Part shown: positions 36,173-45,542 of the stretch, in pieces
Layout of the letters: the number at the start of each line of letters is the position of its first letter
How positions within the stretch are numbered: position 1 is the first letter of the stretch
DNA from: a virus
Lineage: Duplodnaviria; Caudoviricetes
Direction: 5' to 3' (one strand)
Length of the DNA: 58,478 nucleotides
IMG/VR virus record: IMGVR_UViG_3300021170_000022
Span: 1-58,478 of that record
Program-made: the position numbers and the translations under genes
Notes under the pieces: generated by a model
What the model was told of the DNA's origin: nothing
What the model saw: only the letters and a program-made list of their open reading frames with translations
Database searches by the model: none

Positions 36173-36805
36173 TTATTGCTTCAATTTCGCCATCTGCTTC
36201 ATGATCTGGTCGCCAATCGGCAGCTCCGGCTCCGGAGGCAGCTTGTGAAGCATGAACGTTTCCGGTGAAACTGACTTCTTGGGCGCATAGAACGAAAAAT
36301 TCTCAAACGTCGCCGCTAGAACGCCAATCAGTAACTCTTCGCGCTGCATCTGCTCGATCCGGGCGTTCTCAAGCGCTGCGACCTGCCGCGGAGTCATGTC
36401 CAGCCATTCGTCGTCCGAAAGCTTGAGATCGTATCGCGCCGCCGCCCAGGCCTCCGTCCAAGTCCACCGGCGCGAGTTCTCTTCCGATAACGGCAGCCTC
36501 TTCGGTGGCTCCGCCATAGACGCCATCCACGCGTCGCATAGCGTTTCCCTGACCGTCCCCACGTTCGCCCGCGTAATCGATCTCCCCACCTCCTCAAGCG
36601 AGCACGCGGCGCCGGCGCAGGACAAAGCGGCAAATAGCAGCGCCCTGATCATCGAGGCCGATGGATCGATCATTCTTGTCGTAAGCATGTCCACTCCGGT
36701 CAGTTCCTGGCAGATAAGCAACGTCCGGTGCGTAATAATGAGGGGCCACGGGCGCCCCTCAAGGGAGAATTCCACACGCCGGACCAGCCACTTCGCAATC
36801 GCCAC
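36173..36805 (-). CDS. tail assembly chaperone, G-T fusion
   Basis: N-half paralogous to 35853..36161; C-half AARYDLKLSDDEWLDMTPRQ is gpT-like. Confidence 0.7.
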   Translation of the reverse strand: MAIAKWLVRRVEFSLEGRPWPLIITHRTLLICQELTGVDMLTTRMIDPSASMIRALLFAALSCAGAACSLEEVGRSITRANVGTVRETLCDAWMASMAEPPKRLPLSEENSRRWTWTEAWAAARYDLKLSDDEWLDMTPRQVAALENARIEQMQREELLIGVLAATFENFSFYAPKKSVSPETFMLHKLPPEPELPIGDQIMKQMAKLKQ

Positions 36806-36813
36806 ACGAACGT

Positions 36814-37278
36814 TTAAGTGACGACTTCGGTGAACACACCAGTCATCTGAATTTCGGCGGAAAACTCATTCGCTTTGTCGTTTTCGAACGGACCGGGCTT
36901 ATACGCGGCCATGAATCCGTTCGTGGTCATCGTGTACGTCTTGGTGTTGCGCTGGACCGGAGCCACAATCCTGAACGGGAAGATCGTCTGGGCCTTCGCA
37001 AGAGTCGCGATGTTCAGCTGGGTAGCGTCGGCAATCAGGTTTCCACTGAACGCGACCTTACCCGGCTTGATCATGCCCGGTACAAATTCCCGCGTGTTGC
37101 CCGGCGAGAGCAAGTGCGTGTTATCCACTTCGGGCATCGAAATCAAGTCCGCCGAGAACTGCTTGATTTCGGCGATCGTAGTGTAGTTCGGAGGGCTCGC
37201 GAAATCCCCGAGCTGGAAGATCGCAAGGTAGCCCGTGTTCGCCTGGCTGGCAACCGTGGCCGGAGGTGTAAAAGGCAT
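36814..37278 (-). CDS. major tail tube protein
   Basis: GDFASPPNYTTIAEI, VDNTHLLSPG..REFVPG...PG; strong AAGGAG RBS. Confidence 0.88.
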   Translation of the reverse strand: MPFTPPATVASQANTGYLAIFQLGDFASPPNYTTIAEIKQFSADLISMPEVDNTHLLSPGNTREFVPGMIKPGKVAFSGNLIADATQLNIATLAKAQTIFPFRIVAPVQRNTKTYTMTTNGFMAAYKPGPFENDKANEFSAEIQMTGVFTEVVT

Positions 37279-37338
37279 GAGAATTCTCCTTTGGGTTTTG
37301 AGTTTGTGAAAAGAAACGTGAAAGGAAAGCGCCGGGCG

Positions 37339-37734
37339 TCAACTCTGCGCGAACAGAATTTCGTATTCCAGCATGCGGCGGTAACTCCGCCTCGCATCAT
37401 CGAAGAAATCCATTACGTCCGTCGATAAACAGCTGCTCACGAACGTGGCGTCCGGATCCGGCAGCCGCCCCGCATATCCGTTCAGCACCGCATCGATCTC
37501 CGCGCCCAGCGTGATCGCCTCAGCGGCCGTCGTCCCATAACAGTCGATCTGCAGCCGGCGCCTATTCAGGCCCTTCGAGCTTGTGAGCGTCGTATCCGAC
37601 GTCTGACCGGCCGATAGATAAGTCCAACTCGGCAATGGCTGATCCTTGGGCAGCTCCACAAAAAATCCGCCGATCGTCGACGGCGGACTACTGAGGCCGG
37701 CATTGACCAACTTGACGATCCCCAACTCAAGCAC
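37339..37734 (-). CDS. tail terminator (DUF3168 / HK97 gp11-like)
   Basis: LP..TY, RLQIDCYG, VLNGY. Confidence 0.82.
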   Translation of the reverse strand: MLELGIVKLVNAGLSSPPSTIGGFFVELPKDQPLPSWTYLSAGQTSDTTLTSSKGLNRRRLQIDCYGTTAAEAITLGAEIDAVLNGYAGRLPDPDATFVSSCLSTDVMDFFDDARRSYRRMLEYEILFAQS

Positions 37735-38425
37735 TCGGAGCCCACCAGTCCCACAGCGCCGAATCTTCCGGTCCGTAATTGGCCCAAGGCCGCTGCTCGC
37801 CGCCAGCAATATACTTTCGCGACAAACCTGCCCATGGCTCCATCGGGAGCCGGTCCAGCAGAAAAACGTTCAGCGGAGGACAGATCCACCCCTTCTTGAC
37901 TTCCGGATGCGCCAGCTGCCAATCGGTGAACCCGCCGTAGGTCGAATGCGGCCGCATTGGATCCCGGCCGGCAAATGCGCTCCGCCGCATCAGGCCAACG
38001 CCGCCAATCGAGTCCGCCTCGGCGTACGTCCCGTGCCGTCTCGAAAGGTCCAGCCTCACCGTGCTCGACGGCGGCTCGATCCCCAGTAGTCCCAGCTCTG
38101 GATGCGCCTCCATCACATCAAGACAGCGCTCCAGCCACCCGGGCGGAACGATGACATCATTGTCGATCTTGGCGAAAATCGGGGAACCTCCGTTCCTTAG
38201 AAAATCGTTCATAACAGCCACCGGGCCGCCAAACGGTTCGTAAAAGAAGTACGTCTCCGACGGAGACTTCAACACAAATCGCGCGCCAGGCTCATTTCGA
38301 GAACCGCCGTCAAAATACACATGCACGCTCTTGACAGAGCCCCAGTCCGTGTTGGAGAGAAGTGCCCCCGCGCTCGCCTCGGTGAACTCCGATCGACCCT
38401 TCGCCAGATAGAGAATGTCGATCAC
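37727..38425 (-). CDS. GT-A fold glycosyltransferase (GT2-like)
   Basis: FDGGS, AKIDNDVIVPPGWL DxD motif, IGGVGLMRR. Confidence 0.82.
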   Translation of the reverse strand: MIDILYLAKGRSEFTEASAGALLSNTDWGSVKSVHVYFDGGSRNEPGARFVLKSPSETYFFYEPFGGPVAVMNDFLRNGGSPIFAKIDNDVIVPPGWLERCLDVMEAHPELGLLGIEPPSSTVRLDLSRRHGTYAEADSIGGVGLMRRSAFAGRDPMRPHSTYGGFTDWQLAHPEVKKGWICPPLNVFLLDRLPMEPWAGLSRKYIAGGEQRPWANYGPEDSALWDWWAPSA

Positions 38426-38712
38426 ACCGCTTCTATGGGCTTAAGCAATTCAACCCTACCCCGAAGCGTCTGACTGAACGCGCCATTCGGCGGTGCGTCA
38501 ACGTTCAGACCTTCCAGCGAGAAATCATGCGGTGGCATATCAGCAACCGCATGCACTTTTCCATCGTGAAACACGTCGTAGGTTTTTGCGATGCCCGCGT
38601 CCGTATCGGCATACCAAACCAGCTTTATCTCGACGCCATCGACAAAGCAACGGCCTCCCATCATTTCGGATGTCTCTTTCGATAGGGGATCTTGCTTACA
38701 GTTGATGATCAC
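38422..38712 (-). CDS. hypothetical protein
   Basis: Coupled by 4-bp overlaps on both sides. Confidence 0.55.
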   Translation of the reverse strand: MIINCKQDPLSKETSEMMGGRCFVDGVEIKLVWYADTDAGIAKTYDVFHDGKVHAVADMPPHDFSLEGLNVDAPPNGAFSQTLRGRVELLKPIEAV

Positions 38713-39263
38713 ACCATGTACTCGCGCAAATCCATAAAATGTGGCCAACAACCGAGCGCGTCAATCTCGAGCTGCGTCCGGTAACATGCCAGCGCCCTTA
38801 GCTTCTGCAGGACCATCGCACCGCTACATGCGACCGCATTTCCCCAGGTTGACTTCCCACCCGTCCGCGTATAGGTCAAATAGCCGCTGATCTTCTTACC
38901 CTTGAACACTTCGAGCGCAATCTCGCTCACCAGATTATGCTGCTCATGGCCGCCGGCCTCGATGGCGGGAATCCAGATTTCGTCTGCGTATCCGTCCCAG
39001 TTCATTAAACACGCTCGAACCAATTCCGCCGCCGAAGCGCGCGGCAGATGGTCAGGTACATATCCGCAATCGAACGTACACCCCAGAACAGCCATCGCCT
39101 GGATGTCTTCGCGCCGGCGAGCATCCGCCGAGCATTCCGGATGCCCTCGCTGAACCTGAACATGGCTGTCGAACATAGTCAGCACCGTAGGATGTTCCCG
39201 CTGTAGCGTAAAAGCGGCAAACAGAGCCGCGTCGTCGTTATGCGGCGAGACGAACAATTTCAC
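38709..39263 (-). CDS. PIG-L/LmbE family N-acetylsugar deacetylase
   Basis: VSPHNDD, RRRED, GGHEQH, K..AL..Y.TQ. Confidence 0.88.
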   Translation of the reverse strand: MKLFVSPHNDDAALFAAFTLQREHPTVLTMFDSHVQVQRGHPECSADARRREDIQAMAVLGCTFDCGYVPDHLPRASAAELVRACLMNWDGYADEIWIPAIEAGGHEQHNLVSEIALEVFKGKKISGYLTYTRTGGKSTWGNAVACSGAMVLQKLRALACYRTQLEIDALGCWPHFMDLREYMV

Positions 39264-39829
39264 AGTACCGCGAGCCTCCGCTTGATCTCCACCAGATCAT
39301 CGCCGTGCCGCGGTTCCATCCACATGCATCCCGGCTGCGAAGCGTGCTCAAGATCACATATTGGCAGAGCTATCCATTTGAACCGATCCCGATTCAACCA
39401 AGTGAAGACGCGGTCACATTCGCGCTCAAAGACCTCATCCTGCGGGAAGCGCGCCAGATAGGCGGAGAAATCAACGAGGGACTTATCGAACACACTTCCA
39501 TGCCCGATCAGAGCGATTCCCGTTCCACGATAGGCATCGTGGTGGCCGGGCTTCATATTGCAGACCAGCTTGCCCGGTTCGTATTCACTGACGATCTTAG
39601 CGACATCGACCAGCGCATCGTCATCCACCGTAAAAATGACATCGTGCTTGGCGCGCCCAATAGCCTTGTACCGGCCATAGACCAGATGATTCTTCTCACA
39701 CGAGTTGTCCCAAACCACAACTTCGCCCAGGCACCGCATCTGGTCGATCACCTGATGTATGTCCCGATTTCCACGCGTGACCACCACGCCACTGACGAGC
39801 TTCAGATCGATCACAACGGGTGCCTGCAT
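39260..39829 (-). CDS. GT-A fold glycosyltransferase-like protein
   Basis: VVVWDNS, YGRY.AI..AKHDVIFTVDDD. Confidence 0.75.
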   Translation of the reverse strand: MQAPVVIDLKLVSGVVVTRGNRDIHQVIDQMRCLGEVVVWDNSCEKNHLVYGRYKAIGRAKHDVIFTVDDDALVDVAKIVSEYEPGKLVCNMKPGHHDAYRGTGIALIGHGSVFDKSLVDFSAYLARFPQDEVFERECDRVFTWLNRDRFKWIALPICDLEHASQPGCMWMEPRHGDDLVEIKRRLAVL

Positions 39830-39922
39830 ATCATCACTCACAGTTCGGATCGTCCCAGATGACCAGGATCGGCGTGCCATCTGTTCCCGCCAGAATCGAA
39901 GCCAATGCGAATAGGATCGTCC

Positions 39923-40615
39923 TCATAACGCCATCGGATATTCTCCGTTGATCGCGTACATACGCTCGCCGCGCGGCTTTAATTCTTTCTCACGCATGCT
40001 CGTGATCGTTCTGAGATATCTATTACCCAAAAGCAGATCGATAAACCACTCGGCCGATACCTTCCTCAGATCGATGAGCCCTGGATGCAGGGCCACGAAT
40101 ATGCGAATGTTATCGTTCGAATAGAACCAGGGCGAAGTTTCTAGCGTTTCACCTAGATGCTTTATGTCCAGAGACGGTAGCTTCGTTCCTTTGATATACC
40201 CCAATGCCGTGTATTTTGCGAGCGTCTTATATTCCAATCCCAAGGCATCGGAAAGCTGTGAGAGATTTAGTCCGTCCAGATTAGTACGGAGCTTGTGGTG
40301 GTTAATCCTTTTTATGATCGACCCGCACGTGCGTCTGTGATCTGAAATAGCTTTCAGCTTTTGCTGAATGCTTTCGACACATAGGTGTGCATTCTCACTT
40401 AGACACTCATCTTCAGCCTGCGTCCAGCGCACCTTATCGAAAGTGCGAGTCAGACCAAGCTGCATAGCACGGCGGCAAATAGAGCGCCTCGATCTTCCAG
40501 GAATCTTGCGGGCAGCCGTATTCAGGGAATCGTGTGAATATGCCTGGTCAGCAAAAGACTCGCGCAGGATTTGATCCTCACGATCGCTATAGGGAACCCA
40601 CATATGCGGAGGCAT
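39923..40615 (-). CDS. Myb/SANT-like repeat plus HTH DNA-binding protein
   Basis: YSDREDQILRE...GRSRRSI..RA..LGL; WTQAEDECL; LSQLSDALGL. Confidence 0.65.
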   Translation of the reverse strand: MPPHMWVPYSDREDQILRESFADQAYSHDSLNTAARKIPGRSRRSICRRAMQLGLTRTFDKVRWTQAEDECLSENAHLCVESIQQKLKAISDHRRTCGSIIKRINHHKLRTNLDGLNLSQLSDALGLEYKTLAKYTALGYIKGTKLPSLDIKHLGETLETSPWFYSNDNIRIFVALHPGLIDLRKVSAEWFIDLLLGNRYLRTITSMREKELKPRGERMYAINGEYPMAL

Positions 40616-40620
40616 TGCGT

Positions 40621-41010
40621 TCAAAGTCCGTGCTGACGTAACCATTGATCCCACGCTGGGTATTGGTGTAGCATCGTAAACCAGGCTGAGGGTGCGTGCT
40701 CAAAACGCAGTATGGTGCCAGAGTGGTCGTTTTGGAAAATGGGCACGTAGGATAAGAGATAGTTGGCGTTGGCGTGGATGTCTGGAGTAATCGCTAGAAG
40801 CAGGCAAGTCCAGCCGGAAGAATCGGTGCACGGTGTAAAAAGCGTCTTGACGGTGTCCGAAGCGATCTGGTTCCTAGGATCGATTCGCGTTCCTCCGTAA
40901 GGACCAAACCAGATGTTCACCTGATTTTGGTTTCTAATCTGGGAAGGAGAAACACGAGTCTGAGCAAAACACGCCGTCCAAAGAGAAACCGCCAACAGGA
41001 TTTTCACCAT
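40621..41010 (-). CDS. secreted protein, paralogue B
   Basis: ...TACFA|QTRVSPSQIRN ... AWDQWLRQHGL. Confidence 0.7.
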   Translation of the reverse strand: MVKILLAVSLWTACFAQTRVSPSQIRNQNQVNIWFGPYGGTRIDPRNQIASDTVKTLFTPCTDSSGWTCLLLAITPDIHANANYLLSYVPIFQNDHSGTILRFEHAPSAWFTMLHQYPAWDQWLRQHGL

Positions 41011-41078
41011 GTGCTCAAAGCCGCCCTTTCCCATTGCCCCGTCGCTGTATGGGACCCATCCACGCGCAGGCATAGCCT

Positions 41079-41528
41079 TCAAAGCCCGCGCTCGCGCAAC
41101 CACTGATCCCATGCCAGGTCCTGGCGCAGTGTCAGAATCGCAGCAGGCGAGAAGCAATAACTCAACAAAAACACCTTGAAATCGCAGAAATCTCCGATCA
41201 CGAACTGACCCACGGTACCGTGATCGATGCCAAGTGCTGGGCCGTGATCCGCCAGCGCGTAATTAACAGTCGCCCGGCCTAGATCGGTCGTGGTCACCGC
41301 CTGTACAATGCACACTTCTCCAGCGTCCTGATAGGTCGAGTGGAAGAGGGCGACGACGGTGTCCGTGTTGACCTGACTGACCGGGTGAATCTGAGTCCCG
41401 CCGTTCATATTCGCCGGCCAGATGTTCAGCTGAGCCGCATTTCGAATCTGCGAAGGGCGGACGCGCGTCTGAGCAGAGCAAATCGTCGCGAACAGCACGA
41501 ACAAAATGGTTTTCAGGGAGCTTGCCAT
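41079..41528 (-). CDS. secreted protein, paralogue A
   Basis: ...TICSA|QTRVRPSQIRN ... AWDQWLRERGL. Confidence 0.7.
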   Translation of the reverse strand: MASSLKTILFVLFATICSAQTRVRPSQIRNAAQLNIWPANMNGGTQIHPVSQVNTDTVVALFHSTYQDAGEVCIVQAVTTTDLGRATVNYALADHGPALGIDHGTVGQFVIGDFCDFKVFLLSYCFSPAAILTLRQDLAWDQWLRERGL

Positions 41529-42238
41529 ATAGTACTCCACATATTCGGAGAGGAACATAACTTAACAGCCTTAATTGTATTGCCGACCGTCGTTTCGTAC
41601 ATCTCACCGAATGCGCATGTCGGCGGATCGCCAACAGCGAATTTAGCCGGAATCGTCTTGGCTGCGTTGCTGGCGTCCTCGCTGCCAGTATAGGCGTTAT
41701 ACCCTCCCAAATCAGGCACGGTTGCTGAATCGCGAGAGATTAAGCACGGGCCGAGCGTGCAATCGACAATGATCCCATTCCCGGCCATCATTGCATTCTG
41801 CGAGAACACCGAACGCTTATCGGCAACCGCCGTGAATTGACCGTCGACAATCGTCAGATCGGCAACCGGAAACGCCGTATCCGGCACACTCGGATTGATT
41901 ACCGCCTGAGCTGTGATGCTGATATTGGTCGTATCGAAGTTCAGCGTGAAGGCGTTTGGATACTCCAACACTAGAGCGCACGAATCAGCGATATACAGCT
42001 TACCGACCATCGGACCTGAAGAGCCGGATAGCAAGCGAGCTAAAGAAGTGGAAGTGAAGTTATCGCAGACGCGCGTTAGAAACCTCACGCGACCAGCCGC
42101 TACGGTAAGCAAGCCTCCATGGATGGTGGGAGTGAAATCGAGGACCTGCACTCCCGCCAGCCTGGTTTGCCCGAAGCTGAAAGTCAGCGCCAGTCCCAGG
42201 AGCAACCCGCAAAGCAATCCCGCAATCGACTTATTCAT
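41513..42238 (-). CDS. putative virion appendage protein with signal peptide
   Basis: ...FSFG|QTRL; PVADLT...DKRS; six mature Cys. Confidence 0.7.
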   Translation of the reverse strand: MNKSIAGLLCGLLLGLALTFSFGQTRLAGVQVLDFTPTIHGGLLTVAAGRVRFLTRVCDNFTSTSLARLLSGSSGPMVGKLYIADSCALVLEYPNAFTLNFDTTNISITAQAVINPSVPDTAFPVADLTIVDGQFTAVADKRSVFSQNAMMAGNGIIVDCTLGPCLISRDSATVPDLGGYNAYTGSEDASNAAKTIPAKFAVGDPPTCAFGEMYETTVGNTIKAVKLCSSPNMWSTIWQAP

Positions 42239-42241
42239 AGG

Positions 42242-42769
42242 TCACTTTCTATAGCGGCAACTGAAGGTGTCACCAGGCTGTGGCACAGTTGCCGTGCTGA
42301 CAAACGTCATCACATTCGCTGACGTTCCAGTTCCAAGGGAGAAATCTACCGGCAACGCTGTTCCGATGACCGCCGTCAACATCAGACCGTTGCGAATGCA
42401 TTCCAAACTCGTGGACGGATTCGGCGCGTCCGGGAGATTGAAGACCAAGTTCACGCCGTCTTGTGTTCCTGATGGGACAACAGGACCCACGAACGTCGGC
42501 CCGGTATTTCCGCTGTTCACGTGCAGAGTGATCGGCGCCGTCTGCGTAGCGGCCGTGATCGTGAACTGCGACGAATCGAGAGCGACGCATCCGAGAAGTA
42601 CGAACACTCCGAACTGAGTCGAGAAGGACACTCCGATGGTCGCCGGAATCTGGATCAATCCGTTGGCGATCGCAGGCACGGGACATTTGATTTGCCCCGC
42701 TGAAATAGCGGTCGGCTGAGCCGCTACAGCCGCCGCGCAAAACAGAGTTGCGAGCAGGATCGATTTCAC
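42242..42769 (-). CDS. putative virion appendage protein with signal peptide
   Basis: ...AVAA|Q; PSGTQDGVNLVF.L..APNPSTSL...RNG domain; four mature Cys. Confidence 0.72.
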   Translation of the reverse strand: MKSILLATLFCAAAVAAQPTAISAGQIKCPVPAIANGLIQIPATIGVSFSTQFGVFVLLGCVALDSSQFTITAATQTAPITLHVNSGNTGPTFVGPVVPSGTQDGVNLVFNLPDAPNPSTSLECIRNGLMLTAVIGTALPVDFSLGTGTSANVMTFVSTATVPQPGDTFSCRYRK

Positions 42770-43275
42770 TTTCGGTACTCCCCTGTCGTGATTACCGCTC
42801 CCACTTGAGGCTGCGATCCGCTGATGAATGTGATCACGCCTCCGCCGGCACTACTCGCGGCGACTGTATATTGTGCACCCTGTCTTTGATAGATGCCATT
42901 CACATAGAGCGAAAGGCTTGTCGATGGATTTGGGGCAGCAGATATAGTGAAGATCAGATTCACGCCGTCGATCGTGCCGCCAGGAGTCTCCGGTGGAGAG
43001 AAATTCAGCGGCGTACTCGATCCACCGATTACGCGCAAGGTAGGCGGCTTCGTGGAAGGATCGATCTTGAATCCTATAGGGTCAAACTGCACGCAGGCGA
43101 ATCCAAGCCCAGTTCCCAGCGATGAGCTAACCGGCACCACGACAAAGACGTAGGCCGGGACGCCCGGAGGCACAGCAGTCGGACAGGAGTTGAGCTGCCA
43201 CGGCTGCACCTGGGCATAAATGGAGGCCGATGCCAGCAGCAGAACGATGAGCAGGAAAACGTTTTTAGCTTTCAT
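42766..43275 (-). CDS. putative virion appendage protein with signal peptide (paralogue of the previous gene)
   Basis: ...SIYA|Q; PGGTIDGVNLIF...APNPSTSL.LYVNG; two Cys. Confidence 0.72.
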   Translation of the reverse strand: MKAKNVFLLIVLLLASASIYAQVQPWQLNSCPTAVPPGVPAYVFVVVPVSSSLGTGLGFACVQFDPIGFKIDPSTKPPTLRVIGGSSTPLNFSPPETPGGTIDGVNLIFTISAAPNPSTSLSLYVNGIYQRQGAQYTVAASSAGGGVITFISGSQPQVGAVITTGEYRK

Positions 43276-43298
43276 AGTTCTAAATCTCCTTTTCGCGA

Positions 43299-44081
43299 TC
43301 ACAGCAAGTCACTGAATAATCGGCGAGCCCGATCGGCAGGAATCTGCTGCCGGCGGCTACGGCCTCGAAATAATGGATCCATCGCGCTGCCCAGATTCAC
43401 GTAGGTCCGTTCGGGAAAACGTTCCCAGCACTGAATCGCCGGAATATTCCCCGCCATGCCGGCGCCATACAGCAGCACGTCGAAGTCGCGAGTTATCAGT
43501 TCATCGGTAAGGGCGCCGGTGTGCGCCAATAGATTTTCCATTGGCGTTTCGATAAATTCCGCACCGAGCATCCTCGCTGCGCCAGCGTTTCCAGCCGGGC
43601 CCATGAACATCTTCCGCCGCGGATCTTCCTTGACAGCCCGATAGAAATCGACCAGAGCAGCCGACTCTCTCATCAGCAGCAACGCCTCGAAGTGCAGCCA
43701 GGTCGGATCCGCATCGCCCACCAGCTCGGCGTAGTCTTCTGCGTAGCGCGAATGCTCCGACAGCGAATCGAATGAAGCCGAAAGCCAGTCGCCAACAAAT
43801 GTGTTCGGACCATTCACCACGCTTTCCCAACACCGCCGCAGCTCTGCGCCGAGGAAATCGGAGTAAGCCTCGCGATCGCACGTCTGCCCGCGCTTTCCGC
43901 GAATGCACTCCAACGCGCCATCTCCATAGCGAACAAAGAAGAATGGATCCCGCGCGCGGATCTCAGCTGCCAGGATCGTCGCACTTGTATCCGCGTTGAC
44001 GGTCGCGTATCGCGCCGGCGCACTATTTTTGGGAATTATATACTTGACTCCCGCACGGGAGTAATCTACAATGGTTGACAT
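43299..44081 (-). CDS. GT-D-like (DUF1792-like) glycosyltransferase; 5' end altered by the IS
   Basis: PFFFVRYGDG, LYGAGMAG, NLGSAMDP. Confidence 0.68.
   Translation of the reverse strand: MSTIVDYSRAGVKYIIPKNSAPARYATVNADTSATILAAEIRARDPFFFVRYGDGALECIRGKRGQTCDREAYSDFLGAELRRCWESVVNGPNTFVGDWLSASFDSLSEHSRYAEDYAELVGDADPTWLHFEALLLMRESAALVDFYRAVKEDPRRKMFMGPAGNAGAARMLGAEFIETPMENLLAHTGALTDELITRDFDVLLYGAGMAGNIPAIQCWERFPERTYVNLGSAMDPLFRGRSRRQQIPADRARRLFSDLL
44044..44072 (+). promoter_or_regulatory. IS promoter with palindromic spacer
   Basis: TTGACT-N17-TACAAT; ACTCCCG-CA-CGGGAGT inverted repeat over the spacer; ATG 8 nt downstream suggests a leaderless mRNA. Confidence 0.7.
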
Positions 44082-44451
44082 GAAAACAACTCCTTCCGTT
44101 CACACCACACCGGGTCCGTGGGAAGTTCGCACTGGACAGAGAACTACTTTCATCGTTCAACCGCATCAGTTCATCGAATCCGGCGTCTATGTTGCTGAAG
44201 TTTCGCCTCAAGCTGCTGGCGCTGATGGACGGCCAATCCCCGAACAAAGAGCCGCCGATGCTCGAATGATTTCCGCCACGCCCGATCTGGCTAAAGCGCT
44301 TCGCGATCTTTACATCTGCTTTGGAGATCGCGAAGGTGAATCCGAATGGTGGGAAGAATGGGCGGATATTCCAGGAATTGACACGTGCGAGGTCCGTAGG
44401 ATTTGCCTCGATAAAGCTCGCGCTGCGCTTGAAAAAGCAGGGGTGTGCTGA
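44080..44451 (+). CDS. IS passenger hypothetical protein
   Basis: HTTPGPW ... ADARMISATPDL..AL motif common in small phage proteins. Confidence 0.75.
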   Translation: MKTTPSVHTTPGPWEVRTGQRTTFIVQPHQFIESGVYVAEVSPQAAGADGRPIPEQRAADARMISATPDLAKALRDLYICFGDREGESEWWEEWADIPGIDTCEVRRICLDKARAALEKAGVC

Positions 44452-45378
44452 ATGTCTCGCTCTACAATCAGCACCTTTAAACTCTTCGAACTGTTCCCCG
44501 ACGCCGAGTCCGCGCGAACCTATCTCGAAGGCAGGCTGTGGCCCAATGGACTGGCCTGCCCCGAGTGCAAAACCTCGGATCGGATTACGACGCGCAAGGC
44601 CGGTTTCTACCGCTGCAACGCCTGCGGGGATTTCGATTTTACCGTCCGAACCGGAACGATTTTCGAGCGGTCGCACATCCCGCTTAATAAGTGGGTCTAT
44701 GCCATGTATCTGCTCGTCACTGCTCGCAAGGGAATCTCTTCGATGCAGTTGGCTAAGGAGATCGGCGTTACCCAAAAGTCCGCTTGGTTCATGCTTTCCC
44801 GCCTGCGTGAGGCTTGCGGCGATGATTCGGGCATCGATAAGTTGCGCGGGACGGTCGAGGTTGACGAGTGCTTTGTGGGTGGCAAGGAAGCCAACAAACA
44901 CGAATCCAAGAAACTGCACGCCGGTCGCGGCTCCGTCGGTAAGGTTGCGGTTTTGGGGCTTAGGGAGCGCGGCGGACGGACACGGGCAAAGATCATTGCC
45001 GACCGCACCATTCAGACGATCCAAGGTGAGATTCATGCAGGCGTCGAAGTCGGCGCTCAACTTTACACCGATGAGCACGTTGCCTATACAGATCTGGACG
45101 GACTGTTCTTTCGCCATGACACCGTGAACCACTCGGCAGGCGAGTACAAGCGTGGCGCGGCGCACACGAACGGCATCGAGTCCGTATGGGCGGTCCTGAA
45201 GCGTGGGCTTCACGGCGTCTATCACCACGCCAGCCCGAAACACCTTGGACGCTACGTTGATGAGTTCACCTTTAGGCTGAACGAGGGGAACGTCGGGCGA
45301 CACACACTGGAACGCCTTGACTCGTTCGTGGACCGGGTGTCCGGCAAGCGGCTGACTTACGCTAGGTTGACCGCATGA
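44452..45378 (+). CDS. IS1595-family transposase
   Basis: CPEC...CNAC zinc ribbon, HTH, VEVDECFVGG, YTDE, VNH, HTNGIESVW. Confidence 0.96.
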   Translation: MSRSTISTFKLFELFPDAESARTYLEGRLWPNGLACPECKTSDRITTRKAGFYRCNACGDFDFTVRTGTIFERSHIPLNKWVYAMYLLVTARKGISSMQLAKEIGVTQKSAWFMLSRLREACGDDSGIDKLRGTVEVDECFVGGKEANKHESKKLHAGRGSVGKVAVLGLRERGGRTRAKIIADRTIQTIQGEIHAGVEVGAQLYTDEHVAYTDLDGLFFRHDTVNHSAGEYKRGAAHTNGIESVWAVLKRGLHGVYHHASPKHLGRYVDEFTFRLNEGNVGRHTLERLDSFVDRVSGKRLTYARLTA

Positions 45379-45542
45379 AGCGCAAGCGGACCAATCGCTT
45401 GACATTGGAGCAACGGTTGGCGAGGGCGCGTCAAATCGCCGAGGATAACGCCAAGCGCCGATGCCCCGATTGCGGGCGTCTATGCCGGTGGACAGCCGGA
45501 AACTACGGAATGCGTGCTCAATGTGAGCACTGCGGAGGCTAA
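45375..45542 (+). CDS. IS passenger zinc-ribbon protein (55 aa)
   Basis: Manual translation; CPDC ... CEHC; ATGA overlap with the transposase stop. Confidence 0.6.
   Translation: MKRKRTNRLTLEQRLARARQIAEDNAKRRCPDCGRLCRWTAGNYGMRAQCEHCGG

Noticed and set aside
40621-41528. Diversity-generating retroelement template and variable repeats
   Set aside because: No reverse transcriptase in the window, and differences are not adenine-specific.
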